Origin: Candidatus Bathyarchaeota archaeon
Lineage (GTDB): Archaea > Thermoproteota > Bathyarchaeia > Bathyarchaeales > Bathycorpusculaceae
Assembly (NCBI GenBank): GCA_963827165.1
Contig: CAWGZR010000005.1
Coordinates: forward strand, 864,001 to 928,000
Direction: 5' to 3'
Length of the DNA stretch: 64,000 nt
Below the pieces are notes generated by a model. The model saw nothing but the letters and a program-made list of their open reading frames with translations. It was not told where the DNA came from and made no database searches. A program made the translations under genes and the position numbers. Each line of letters begins with the position of its first letter. The first letter of the stretch is position 1. Shown piece by piece: positions 31,821 through 42,003 of this stretch.

Positions 31821-32070
31821 GCGCAGAATATTTGTTTTTCAAGTTTACCTTGAAGTTGTCACGCTGCCGAACAGAAAAGTCCAAATTTCGCCTGCAACAA
31901 GATTGTTATGCTAAAAAAATTAGCTATTGGCAAAATTAAAAGGATTTTGGGGTAAGGTGAGGGGGTTTGCCCCTCCCTCTATTGAAGCTCAACTCTTTCC
32001 AATTCAACTAAAACGCTGCTTTACCTTAAAAGGGATATTTCGAATCTCGTAATATATCTTGTTCAACGCG

Positions 32071-32343
32071 TCAACATTTCAAAATATGCTCGATTTGGCT
32101 TTTTGTCAAATTCTTAATAAGCAGTTGCTTTTTTCTTGAAGTGGCTCCAGTTCTAAGCTCAACTTTAACCTGTAAGAGCTTTGAAAATTCCTTCAAGATT
32201 TCCTTGTTTACCTTGCCTTTCACTGGTTCTTCGGTGCTGTGGACAACAATCTCATCTCCATCAAGCTTCACAGAGAATTTTGGAGAGTTTGTTTTTACAA
32301 AAATTGTAATGATGGTGCCGTCTTTGTTTTCTTTGATGCTCAT
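32071..32343 (-). CDS. DUF167/YggU family protein
   Basis: PVKGKVNKE and GATSRKK motifs; ATGA overlap with the topoisomerase stop. Confidence 0.85.
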   Translation of the reverse strand: MSIKENKDGTIITIFVKTNSPKFSVKLDGDEIVVHSTEEPVKGKVNKEILKEFSKLLQVKVELRTGATSRKKQLLIKNLTKSQIEHILKC

Positions 32344-34001
32344 GCAGTTATGCACTCGGCTGCCTGCGGTTGAGTCTTGCTTTGGAGTGCCCAGCTGAAC
32401 TTATTGCGTAAGGTTTTTGGGTAGAATTTTTCGATGTCGAATTTTACTTTTTTAGCCCATTTCACGTAAGCTGTCGGGTCAATGTATGATTTTAGCGAAG
32501 TGCCAAGGTTGTATTCTCTGGTCAACTTGGTCAATTCAAGGTCAAGCTTTGCCTTGTCGATTCTTGCTTCGAGCGACTCAGTTTTTTTGCTTGCAGCCCT
32601 CTTAACCTGCAACTGCGCTTCGAGCGATTTGACGTTGGCCTCTTTCTTTTCCAGCCGCTGCTCAAATGTCGGAGGTACCTTTTTCTTGTGGTTTGCCACA
32701 ACGGCCACTTCATAGTTGGCTAGTTTTGCATAGTAGGTTTTTTTGTAGTCTGGCGACTCTTTTGTAACTTTTTTCTCGTCGGTTGCTTCTTTAAGCGACG
32801 CTTCAAGTGTGGTGGTGCATTTCCATGTGCGGAAGACTTTGGCTGAGAGTTTCGGCACTTTTTCCGAGAGAAAACGGGCCACTTTTTTGGAGTCGACGCC
32901 TTCGAAGAGGTACTCTTTGCTCGTTTGCATGTAGTTTTGTATGTTGCGAATGACTTCTGGTGGTGCTGGAAGAGTTTTGTCCCATTCTACGCTGTCTTTG
33001 CCAAGAAAATGGAAGTTCAGTTTGTTTCCATTAATTTTCACGTGTTCAGCACGGAGTGTGATTGCGCCCACGGTGTCTGCTTCATCAGGGTCTTTTTCGT
33101 CGCCAACCCTCATGTTAACGGCAAAAATAAGCCATGCAACTGTTGCTACCTTCCGTCTCTCTCCATCTTTGGAATCCAAATTTCTTTGAATATGCTGCTC
33201 TACGGTTTTGATTTGTTTGCCTAGATTTTCGGCTTTTTGGAATTTTTCTTTTTCCCGGTTCTGCTTCAGAAAAGCAGTGTCGCTGAACCAGACGTACTTT
33301 ATTTTTCCCGTTAGTTTGTCTTCCCATTTTGCAACATACATCTTTTCGGGTTCCCAAACAACCCCTTTCCAATGTCCCGATGGAACAGGCATGTCAGGTG
33401 GCAAATTCAAAACGATGTCTCCCTCGCTTGGTCCATCCTTCCATTTTCCCCGTTGCGGATGGTCACCGCGTCCAGCGAAAAGACAAGATGGCTCAGCTGT
33501 CCAGTTGGCAATCTCAAGCCGCTGCCCATCAACATCCGCGTAACCGAACTTTTCTTTAAATTCCAGCCGCTTGACTTTGCGTTCGTCAGCTTGCTGCTTT
33601 TTGATTTCTTTTGTCAAAGCTTCTTTCTTGGCTTTTTCTGTCTCGATAAAGGTGCAGACTTGGCTGAAGTCGATTTCGTTGGCTTCGCAGCCCCCGCCGC
33701 TTTGGGTTTCAGCTGGATGTTCGATACAATTTAGGTAGTTTGGAATGAATGTTTCTAGAAGCTTTGCTGAGGAATTTTCTTGTTTTAGTGTATTTAGGAA
33801 CTCGCGCATGAAGTTGTGTTTGAAAACTTTGTCTGGCGGGGACGCGGTTGAGAGACTTTTTTTTACCCATGCAACCGCCATCTGCTCGGTTTTAGGAGTC
33901 AGCTTGAAGGTTTGACCCTTGATTTTGACGCTGAAACCTTTGTAATCGTAAAGTGGAACGAATATGCCGTTATGTTTCAGAGTTTTCATAACGTGTCGCA
34001 T
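32340..34001 (-). CDS. DNA topoisomerase IB (eukaryote-like archaeal type)
   Basis: LKHNG, EPSCLFAGRGDHP.RGKWK, MRVGDEK, DTVG, FLGKDS, AKVFRT, NHKK and LGTSLKSYIDP (catalytic Tyr) motifs. Confidence 0.95.
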   Translation of the reverse strand: MRHVMKTLKHNGIFVPLYDYKGFSVKIKGQTFKLTPKTEQMAVAWVKKSLSTASPPDKVFKHNFMREFLNTLKQENSSAKLLETFIPNYLNCIEHPAETQSGGGCEANEIDFSQVCTFIETEKAKKEALTKEIKKQQADERKVKRLEFKEKFGYADVDGQRLEIANWTAEPSCLFAGRGDHPQRGKWKDGPSEGDIVLNLPPDMPVPSGHWKGVVWEPEKMYVAKWEDKLTGKIKYVWFSDTAFLKQNREKEKFQKAENLGKQIKTVEQHIQRNLDSKDGERRKVATVAWLIFAVNMRVGDEKDPDEADTVGAITLRAEHVKINGNKLNFHFLGKDSVEWDKTLPAPPEVIRNIQNYMQTSKEYLFEGVDSKKVARFLSEKVPKLSAKVFRTWKCTTTLEASLKEATDEKKVTKESPDYKKTYYAKLANYEVAVVANHKKKVPPTFEQRLEKKEANVKSLEAQLQVKRAASKKTESLEARIDKAKLDLELTKLTREYNLGTSLKSYIDPTAYVKWAKKVKFDIEKFYPKTLRNKFSWALQSKTQPQAAECITA

Positions 34002-34171
34002 TTCTAAACCTCTATGTTTCTTCGGTAAACGGCTTTTTTACTGTTAATCCGTTTCCCTTATTATTTAACTTTACAGCCTTAGCTATCTGCTGAAGCCGCA
34101 ACTTTCCATTACCGAGTTTCCGAAACTTAAAAAGATATGGCTAAAACGGCTAAGTTTTCTGGGATTTACTA

Positions 34172-34576
34172 CTAAAACAGGGTTTTTTGATTTTTAGCAT
34201 CCCTACTGTGGAGCAGCTTTTGGTAGACGGCTTCCACGTTTTTGCGTTCAACAAAACCTTTGTGAGGACGAAACCCGCCTCCGAAGCCACCTGGAATATG
34301 CATAAGCTCATGGATAAGCGTCTTTTCTTGGTCTTCAGGTCGCATTTTATCGTAGACTTCCGAGATGACCTCGATGGTGTAAGATGGGGGCAGGTTTAAA
34401 ACTCCTTGCCAAACTTTGCCAAGTCCATGGATACGTGCAATTGTGCGTCTTGCCTTGGACCCTCTGCTTCTGATGCAGAAGACGAATTGGGGCACAACAT
34501 GGTAAAACTCGCATTCTTCAGCTAATTCGTCAACATGTTTTTTGATTTCTGGAGCTTCAAAATACTTTATCGGCAA
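34172..34576 (-). CDS. putative zinc metallopeptidase
   Basis: LIHELMHIP HExxH motif; RSRGSKA..TIARIHGL. Confidence 0.8.
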   Translation of the reverse strand: MPIKYFEAPEIKKHVDELAEECEFYHVVPQFVFCIRSRGSKARRTIARIHGLGKVWQGVLNLPPSYTIEVISEVYDKMRPEDQEKTLIHELMHIPGGFGGGFRPHKGFVERKNVEAVYQKLLHSRDAKNQKTLF

Positions 34577-34769
34577 ACTGTTCCCTCTCTCTCCTAGACG
34601 GCTTAGTATATGATTTTCATGTTAAGAAGTTAAATGCTTTTCCCTGAAACCGTGTTTTCTGCGGGCTTTATTCAAGAGCTGGGAGCACCTAAAAGGAAGC
34701 CAAAGAGGCTAGACACGGATATTGACAAGGCTTTTATCGCTAACGAACCCATTTCTAATTGATGTTTTT

Positions 34770-35201
34770 ATGCCAGCGGTTAAAGATATTATGACCAAAA
34801 ACGTCGTTACCATCGACGTTGCACAAAGCGTTTTTGAAGCTGCTGAATTAATGTCTGAAAAAGGGGTAGGCTGCTTGGTCGTCACTAACAAGGTTGTTCC
34901 AGTTGGAATAGTCACTGAACGAGATTTCGTAAGGCGAATCGTGGCTAAACGAGCTTCATTTGACCTCAGCGTGTCTGAAATCATGACTAAGAGTCTCGTT
35001 ACGGTTGAACCTGACGCCTCAATTAGGGATGCAGCGCGGTTAATGTCGAATCACAAAATCAGGCGACTGCCCGTTCTAAAACAGAACCAGCTAATCGGAA
35101 TATTGGTAGCCACCGATTTAGTTCGAAACGTGGGCAAAAAAACCACGGCGGAAGAAATTATTGAGGCTATAGGACGGTACCCGGCAGGTTTGATCACATA
35201 A
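34770..35201 (+). CDS. CBS-pair protein (copy 1)
   Basis: VKDIMT, GIVTERD and KIRRLPV motifs; start set at ATG 34770 by identity of length with copy 2. Confidence 0.92.
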   Translation: MPAVKDIMTKNVVTIDVAQSVFEAAELMSEKGVGCLVVTNKVVPVGIVTERDFVRRIVAKRASFDLSVSEIMTKSLVTVEPDASIRDAARLMSNHKIRRLPVLKQNQLIGILVATDLVRNVGKKTTAEEIIEAIGRYPAGLIT

Positions 35202-35232
35202 AGCCACAACGTGTGAAACAATGTCGTTGATG

Positions 35233-35784
35233 CTACGTTTCAGCTAAAGAAATCCTTCTTCTTGTCGCAGTTTGCATTTTTCTAAGTTTTTTGATCATTT
35301 CATCGATTTCAGCGCTTTTTTCTTTGAGGGTATCGATTGAATCCTCAGGTTTTCCGGTTCTTGCTTCAAGAAACATAGCAAAAAGGTTCGGTGTCTTGGG
35401 CGTTTGGTCTGCGTGTAAATTTACGTCTAATACGCCTGTTAAGTATTCTTTGAATAATTCATGCATACTGTTGGCCAATTGGCTCTCTTTTGTTAGAGCG
35501 CGTTCCAGAATTGCGAGGCCTGTCCCCGTAATTTTGTATATCTTTCGTCTTCTTAGGTTTTGGCTATCCCATTCACCTTTGACATAGTTTGATTCTTCAA
35601 GGTCGTTTAGGATTCTGTAGATTCCGCCGCTAGTTAACTTGACTGTACCTTTTGTTTTCTCTTTGACTTCTTTCATTATTTCGTAGCCATGGCATGGCTT
35701 CTTGCTCAGCAATGTGAGTGCTATTAGCCGTATGTAGCCCTTACGCATCTCCTTAAGCCAGCCAACTGTGGCGTCTTTTTCCAT
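35233..35784 (-). CDS. PadR family transcriptional regulator
   Basis: HGYEIMKEV, GGIYRILNDLE and RRKIYKITGTG motifs; C-terminal coiled coil. Confidence 0.92.
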   Translation of the reverse strand: MEKDATVGWLKEMRKGYIRLIALTLLSKKPCHGYEIMKEVKEKTKGTVKLTSGGIYRILNDLEESNYVKGEWDSQNLRRRKIYKITGTGLAILERALTKESQLANSMHELFKEYLTGVLDVNLHADQTPKTPNLFAMFLEARTGKPEDSIDTLKEKSAEIDEMIKKLRKMQTATRRRISLAET

Positions 35785-35906
35785 AGGTTTTTCCTTTTGT
35801 TCCTCTTAAGCATCAAAGCAATATTTATATTCTATTGAAACATATGCGACTAAAATATATCCGACGTATGCGAATGAAACTGATTAACTTGCGAGGCTGC
35901 TAAACA

Positions 35907-37586
35907 ATGGTTGAATATAAATGGGTCGCACTCTCAAACACAACTCTGGGTACTCTCATGGCTTCAATAGATGCCACTATTGTTTTGATTGCGCTGCCAG
36001 CTATCTTCCGCGGAATTAACATCAACCCTTTTTCATCTTTCCAGTACATGCTGTGGATATTGTTCGGGTACAGCATTGTAACCGCCACGCTGCTTGTTAC
36101 TTTCGGGAGGCTTTCAGACATGTTTGGTCGGGTGAAGCTTTACAACCTTGGATTCGCAATTTTCACAGTCGGCTCGATACTGCTCTCGATAACCCCGAGT
36201 CAAGGTGACGCAGGTGCCATCGAGTTAATAGTTTTCCGGATAGTCCAAGGCATCGGCGGCGCATTCTTATTTGCCAACAGTGCAGCGATAATAACAGATG
36301 CCTTTCCGAGTAATGAACGCGGAAAAGCCCTGGGAATAAATCAGATATCTTTTCTCGCAGGTTCCCTAGTGGGTTTGGTTCTGGGTGGAATTTTAGCAGT
36401 TTACGACTGGAGGCTCGTGTTCTTGGTAAGTGTGCCAGTAGGAGTGGTAGGAACAGTTTGGTCGTATCTGAAGTTGAAGGAGCAATGCACTATCCGAAAG
36501 AACCAAAAACTGGACATTTGGGGAAACATCGCTTTTGGCGGAGGCTTAACATTAATTTTGGCTGGTGTAATCTACGGCTTGATACCGTATGGAAGCTCAG
36601 TTATGGGCTGGGGCAATCCATGGGTCATTGCTTCGCTCGTAGCGGGGGCTGGTCTTCTCATTGCCTTTCCCTTTATTGAAAGTCGAGTCGCCGAGCCAAT
36701 GTTTAGGCTTGACCTATTTAAGATACGGGCTTTTAGCGCGGGCAATCTTGCTTCGCTTTTTAGTTCCATGTCAAGAGGTGGAGTGATGATAATGCTTATC
36801 ATTTTGCTTCAGGGAATTTGGCTTCCTTTACATGGGTACAGTTTTGATTCAACGCCATTTTGGGCTGGAATTTTTATGATTCCTATGTCTATTGGATTTG
36901 TCTTAACTGGACCGATCAGCGGTTGGTTGTCAGATAAACATGGAGCAAGGTTACTCGCCACCTCGGGCATGGTGATTTCAGCCGCCGCCTTTGTGGGGTT
37001 CGTTCTGCTTCCAGTCAATTTCATCTACACTGCCTTTGCAGCGGTACTTTTTATAATGGGCATTGGTGGCGGTATCTTCGCTTCCCCAAACATGGCGTCC
37101 ATTATGAATTCTGTTCCTGCCGAGTGTAGGGGTGCAGCGTCAGGAATGCGTGCCACCATTCAGAACAGTGCAAGCACAATAAGCCAAGCCGTCTTCTTCA
37201 CAATCATTATAGTTTCGTTGAGCGCGACTCTTCCAGGTGCACTTTCCTCTGCTGTCACAAACGCGGGTGCACCTCAGCTTGCTTCTGCCTTGAGCGCTAC
37301 CCCAGCCTCCGCTGCTCTCTTTGCCTCATTTCTAGGCTACAACCCAGTTGCAACTCTGATTCACAGCCTTCCCGCATCTCTGGCAAGTTCCATCCCTCAG
37401 GCGACGGCCAATTATCTTACAGGATCAAGCTTTTTTCCAACTGCGATTTCGTCGCCGTTCATGACTGCACTCAGGGAAGCGTTCGTTATCGGTGCGGTGA
37501 TGTGTGTTATAGCTGCAGTTTGCTCTGTGTTGAGAGGCGCAAAATACGTTCATGGACAAAAAGCTGATGCAAAAGGAAAAGAATAA
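35907..37586 (+). CDS. MFS transporter, DHA2/EmrB-like
   Basis: [21 protein letters not shown] and ERGKALG motifs; about 14 TM helices. Confidence 0.92.
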   Translation: MVEYKWVALSNTTLGTLMASIDATIVLIALPAIFRGININPFSSFQYMLWILFGYSIVTATLLVTFGRLSDMFGRVKLYNLGFAIFTVGSILLSITPSQGDAGAIELIVFRIVQGIGGAFLFANSAAIITDAFPSNERGKALGINQISFLAGSLVGLVLGGILAVYDWRLVFLVSVPVGVVGTVWSYLKLKEQCTIRKNQKLDIWGNIAFGGGLTLILAGVIYGLIPYGSSVMGWGNPWVIASLVAGAGLLIAFPFIESRVAEPMFRLDLFKIRAFSAGNLASLFSSMSRGGVMIMLIILLQGIWLPLHGYSFDSTPFWAGIFMIPMSIGFVLTGPISGWLSDKHGARLLATSGMVISAAAFVGFVLLPVNFIYTAFAAVLFIMGIGGGIFASPNMASIMNSVPAECRGAASGMRATIQNSASTISQAVFFTIIIVSLSATLPGALSSAVTNAGAPQLASALSATPASAALFASFLGYNPVATLIHSLPASLASSIPQATANYLTGSSFFPTAISSPFMTALREAFVIGAVMCVIAAVCSVLRGAKYVHGQKADAKGKE

Positions 37587-37667
37587 GCACGGCGCGGTAC
37601 AGGCGCCAAATCATTCTATGAAAATGCTTTTATCCGAAAACGATTTTTTCATATAGTTGGATGCTTT

Positions 37668-38099
37668 ATGCCAGCTGTTAAAGATATCATGACTAAAAAC
37701 GTCATGACTGTTGATGTTGACAAAACTGTCTTTGAAGCGGCTCAACTTATGTCAAAGAAGGGCATAGGTTGCTTAGTGGTCACTGTCGGTGACGTTCCCT
37801 CTGGTATAGTAACTGAACGGGATTTCGTGAGGAGAATAATTGCGCAGCGTGGCTCTTTTGACCTTAAAGTATCCGAGATTATGTCTAAATCTCTCGTTAC
37901 CGTGGACCCTGATGCTTCAGTTAAAGATGCAGCAAGGTTGATGTCAAGCCACAAGATTCGGCGGCTTCCAGTTTTGAAGCAAGGCAAGCTTGTCGGGATA
38001 GTGGTTGCTGCTGACTTGGTGCGTAATGTTGGGAAAAAGACCACGTCTGAGGAGATACTTGAGGCGATAGGGCGTTACCCTTCAGGACCAATTACATAG
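37668..38099 (+). CDS. CBS-pair protein (copy 2)
   Basis: 143 aa, ungapped paralogue of 34770..35201. Confidence 0.92.
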   Translation: MPAVKDIMTKNVMTVDVDKTVFEAAQLMSKKGIGCLVVTVGDVPSGIVTERDFVRRIIAQRGSFDLKVSEIMSKSLVTVDPDASVKDAARLMSSHKIRRLPVLKQGKLVGIVVAADLVRNVGKKTTSEEILEAIGRYPSGPIT

Positions 38100-38260
38100 A
38101 ACGCTGTTTTCGAAATATGCTTTCATCTGAAAAAGGCTTCACCTGAGCTTTGGATAATCCTAATCATAGGATTTTATACTTCGCAGGCTTATTCTGCGCT
38201 GATTTAGCAAAACTTTATAACATCGCCAAACGTTTTGGATTCTAAAAAGGTAGAATCAAG

Positions 38261-39181
38261 ATGAAATTCGGCACATACATGTTTGAAGCTAAAAAAGTTC
38301 CAGGCTTCGACTTTGACCTTTTCCGAGTTAAACCAGAAGTAGGCAGACGATTACCACCGAAACCTGACATGTACAGCAACATCGCGATCTTTGGCGACAA
38401 CGTTACCGCACGGAACCACCCAGACTGGATTTCACAGTCAGATCTAGGCCCAGCATGGAGAACAAACGACAACTTCAACGTAAGATGGGACATTCTTTGC
38501 GCAACCCAGCCAGAACACCGCGCTGAACAATTAGACTACATGGAAGACGTTGCAAGGAAAAGCCCCGGAATATGGCTAAACAGCATCCACTTCGCAGATC
38601 ACGGACACTGCATATGCCCACGATGCAAAGAACTTCACGAAAAAAGCGGCTTAAGCTGGTATGAATGGCGACGAAAAGAAATCACCGAGTACATGGCGGC
38701 AACAAGCGAACGAGTACGTGACAGAGCAAAAAGCCAATTTGTAATCGGCGTCTTGCCTGACCCAGTTACAAACTACGAACGCTTCGGCGTAAACTTTGAC
38801 GACTTAGCTCCTCTGACCGACGAATTCCTCGTGGTCATGTTTAGCAAAAACTACGCTACTCCTTGGTACTGGGAAATGCTTACCCGCAACTTCAAGAAAC
38901 TCTTCAAAGACGTCAAGCTGAACATTGCATTGTACGTTATCGGACCCGGCGACGACCCACGTGAAACACCAACTGCAAGCGAACTTTTGACCGTTTCAGT
39001 GCGTATGGCAAGAGCGGGTGTAGATGGACTCCTGTACTTGACAGACAAGGCTGCACAGATGGTCGAGTTCCAGAAAGCCATGATAGCCCAAAAAGACGCT
39101 CGCGAGCGTTTGAAGAGCTACGGTGGCAAAGCAGGCCAAGAAGTCCTAGACTTAGTCACAAGCTGGGAAAAGATCGTATAA
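38261..39181 (+). CDS. hypothetical protein, glycoside-hydrolase-like TIM barrel with a CxCxxC metal motif
   Basis: GIWLNSIHF..HGHCICPRC, WYEWRRKEITEY and ERFGVNFDDL resemble GH-like barrels. Confidence 0.55.
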   Translation: MKFGTYMFEAKKVPGFDFDLFRVKPEVGRRLPPKPDMYSNIAIFGDNVTARNHPDWISQSDLGPAWRTNDNFNVRWDILCATQPEHRAEQLDYMEDVARKSPGIWLNSIHFADHGHCICPRCKELHEKSGLSWYEWRRKEITEYMAATSERVRDRAKSQFVIGVLPDPVTNYERFGVNFDDLAPLTDEFLVVMFSKNYATPWYWEMLTRNFKKLFKDVKLNIALYVIGPGDDPRETPTASELLTVSVRMARAGVDGLLYLTDKAAQMVEFQKAMIAQKDARERLKSYGGKAGQEVLDLVTSWEKIV

Positions 39182-39269
39182 TAAGCGCCCAAAACACATC
39201 AATGCAGGCATGAGTGGTAAAAAAAACCACCAGGCTGCCATTTTTTATATTAAATTATTTTTTGCTTTT

Positions 39270-39698
39270 TTATTTTATGTAGTCTAATGCTCGGGTTTTG
39301 GTTTCCCGTATTTCCTTCATGGATTCGTATTGTGCTTCTATTAGGATTTTTAGTGCGTCAATGTTCTTTTTCACTTCGTCAAGTTCACCGGTCTTAAGCA
39401 AAATACCCGACTTCACCAGTTGCTCATTCATCTTCTCAACCGTTACCTCAAGCACTTTGACTTTGAAAGCGAAAATCTGAAGCGTATAGAGTAGGCTTAA
39501 TTGGGAATTCAAAGTTTCCAGCTGATCCAAGTAACGAGTTTTCTTTATGAACGCCTTTATTTTCTGTTCATCTGAAGCCTCAGGTGCTTGCATAATTTGC
39601 TCGTAGATCGCTGACTGCTTCCATGTTGCCTCCTTTGTTTCATCAACAACTTTCTGAATCCGTTTAGCGGTCTTATCTAACATATCTAAGTACTTCAT
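39270..39698 (-). CDS. hypothetical coiled-coil protein
   Basis: Start moved to ATG 39698 (MKYLDMLD), downstream of a TATA-like TATATA; the upstream extension is AT-rich and noncoding-like. Confidence 0.65.
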   Translation of the reverse strand: MKYLDMLDKTAKRIQKVVDETKEATWKQSAIYEQIMQAPEASDEQKIKAFIKKTRYLDQLETLNSQLSLLYTLQIFAFKVKVLEVTVEKMNEQLVKSGILLKTGELDEVKKNIDALKILIEAQYESMKEIRETKTRALDYIK

Positions 39699-40119
39699 CC
39701 AAACCCCATTCTCCCCCAAACAATCAATGATTATGGTTCCACCACTGTAATAACCATTATATATAGAATAACCTATTAAATCGCATGATTTTAGAGAGTT
39801 TGTAATTTCTACTATTAAATCGCAAACTCCGTTTTTTTGGTTGTTTTGGTTCATTTTTTCACGCTTCATATTTACTAAACTAAGTTTGCCTGTGCAACCT
39901 GTCGCCGGAACTTTTCTTCCCCTGAGAATTTGAATAAGAACCCTAAGTTGCCAGTTGGGAGAGGTTGCCCCGATTTTTTTCAAAAGCATCAAATTCAAAA
40001 GTTCTTGAAAAAATCTTTGCAGTCGACAGTTTTTTCCTTCCGAATCCCTTTTTTAGGCAAAGCATAAAAAATCATGGCGTCATTTTTATTATTAGTAGTG
40101 ATTTAGGACATGGGGGCAG

Positions 40120-41847
40120 TTGCGAATGAGTGGGCATGGGTTTGTTAGTGGAAAAGTTGTTTTGGGCGTAGCAGTTTTATGCGTTATTCTGCTGAGTGTT
40201 ACTGTTGGTCTTTTGGAGTTCCAAAATCGTGGTCTTCAAAGCCAGCTCGAGTCTAAAAACTCGGCGGTTTCTTTATTGAACTCGCAGTTAAACTCGACTA
40301 GTGATTCGCCGACGGAGTTGAAGGCAACGGTGGCTTCTCTTCAGAGTCAGTTGAATTCGGAGAACGCCACGAACCAAAATCTCAAGTCACAATTAACAAA
40401 TGAAACTAACTCAGCAAACTCCCAGGTTTCGCACCTTCAGACCTTGCTTTCATTTTCAAACGCTAACGAGAAAGATGATAAAAGCCAAATCTCTTCGGAG
40501 CAATCAACAGTCAACTCTTTGAAGTCACAGGTAGCCAATTTGAAGTCGACAATGGCGAACTGGGACGCGCCCGTCACTGATGGATTCAGCCTGATCCAGA
40601 TTACAGACACCCAATACCTTAGCGATAAAAACCCTGAATTATTCAACACCCTCACAAACTGGATAGTCGAAAACAGTAACGCATTGAATATCTCAATGGT
40701 TATCCACACTGGCGACATCGTGCAAAACCCCCTAAATCTGACCAACTGGCAAAATGCCAATGACGCCATGATGCAGCTGTACAACAACGGGGTACCCTAT
40801 TGCTGGGACGCCGGAAACCACGATTTCATCGGAGAAACAACTCCTGCCGGTAATAACAATGGCGCCTGGCTGGGTGGGAGCGGCTACTCCGCTTTTAATG
40901 TTGTCGCTATGCAGCAAGAACCATATTGGGTGGCAAGCATCTTCAACGGCACAAGTACCGCAGTACAATTTAGCTATGGTAACTACCGCTTCATGGTAAT
41001 CAACATCGCCTACGACTCGAATCAAACTGTCCTTGCCTGGATGCAAAGTCTTCTTAAATGTAACCCGAACGTAAACGTTATTGTCGCCACACATAATTTC
41101 CTAAATGGCGCCGGTGGCTACGGGTACGCTGTTAGTCCTCAAGATATCAGTTGGGCCAATAACTTTGAAAATGTAGTAGGCAATTACTCGAACGTTTTTA
41201 TGACTTTAAACGGGCACGACGTAGGCGAAGGGGCTGCATTTAACCAGAAATTGGGGAACCGAGAAGAGATCTTTTTTAACAGACAAGAAATTGACGGTGA
41301 GGCTGGTGCGGCATCCGCGAGAATTTACACATTCAACATGACCAACCCGGCACAAGCAACTGTAACCGCTTACACTTACCAAGCCTACTCAAACCCACAG
41401 GGTGGACCTTCATATTTAATCGATCAGATCAATCAATTTACCTTCACATCGAAAATGATCGCCTATTCCCCTCAAATTACGAACCTCGAAAGCAGCACAC
41501 CGTTTTTAGGAGCAAGCGGCTTTAGCACAAGCTTTTCAAACCCAATAACTTTGGCAAGCTATAACCAAACCGGCGACTTGCTCAGATTCTACAATTTGAC
41601 TTTGAACGATTTCACCTCGAACCTGACGGAAAGCTCAGTTGGCGCTAGCATCTCAATAAATACCCTTGACTCCAGCAGCATATCCTACACGGTCAGCGGT
41701 GGCGGCGGTACCCAGGCCTTTCTCGTTGACACACAGCCAACATCTGTAAACATAGATGGAACGCAGACCCTCATTGGCTGGACTTACTCAAACGGGGTTG
41801 TCACAGTTACGAACGCCACCAAAGCAGTAACAATAAACTTCACATAA
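40120..41847 (+). CDS. membrane-anchored calcineurin-like metallophosphoesterase with a coiled-coil stalk
   Basis: N-terminal TM; S/N/Q heptad repeats; DTQ, HTGDIV, GNHD, TH and NGH motifs. Confidence 0.85.
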   Translation: MRMSGHGFVSGKVVLGVAVLCVILLSVTVGLLEFQNRGLQSQLESKNSAVSLLNSQLNSTSDSPTELKATVASLQSQLNSENATNQNLKSQLTNETNSANSQVSHLQTLLSFSNANEKDDKSQISSEQSTVNSLKSQVANLKSTMANWDAPVTDGFSLIQITDTQYLSDKNPELFNTLTNWIVENSNALNISMVIHTGDIVQNPLNLTNWQNANDAMMQLYNNGVPYCWDAGNHDFIGETTPAGNNNGAWLGGSGYSAFNVVAMQQEPYWVASIFNGTSTAVQFSYGNYRFMVINIAYDSNQTVLAWMQSLLKCNPNVNVIVATHNFLNGAGGYGYAVSPQDISWANNFENVVGNYSNVFMTLNGHDVGEGAAFNQKLGNREEIFFNRQEIDGEAGAASARIYTFNMTNPAQATVTAYTYQAYSNPQGGPSYLIDQINQFTFTSKMIAYSPQITNLESSTPFLGASGFSTSFSNPITLASYNQTGDLLRFYNLTLNDFTSNLTESSVGASISINTLDSSSISYTVSGGGGTQAFLVDTQPTSVNIDGTQTLIGWTYSNGVVTVTNATKAVTINFT

Positions 41848-42003
41848 ATTTCTTCAAATTACATTTCCGCGCGAAATGGCTTTCTCATTTTTCAGGAAAT
41901 TTTCATGTTGCTAACTTTGTAGATAGCTACTTGTTTTTTTTGAATGCAGTCGTTTTAAACAAAAAAGTAAAACCCAAAGCTTAAGTCTAGTTCAAAAAAC
42001 CTG

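Noticed and set aside
32340-34001. Topoisomerase IB as a eukaryotic or viral contaminant
   Set aside because: TopoIB is established in Thaumarchaeota-related archaea, and this gene is coupled to an ordinary DUF167 gene
39699-39998. N-terminal extension of the 242-aa ORF
   Set aside because: AT-rich, contains a TATA-like box and a direct repeat; the real start is probably 39698
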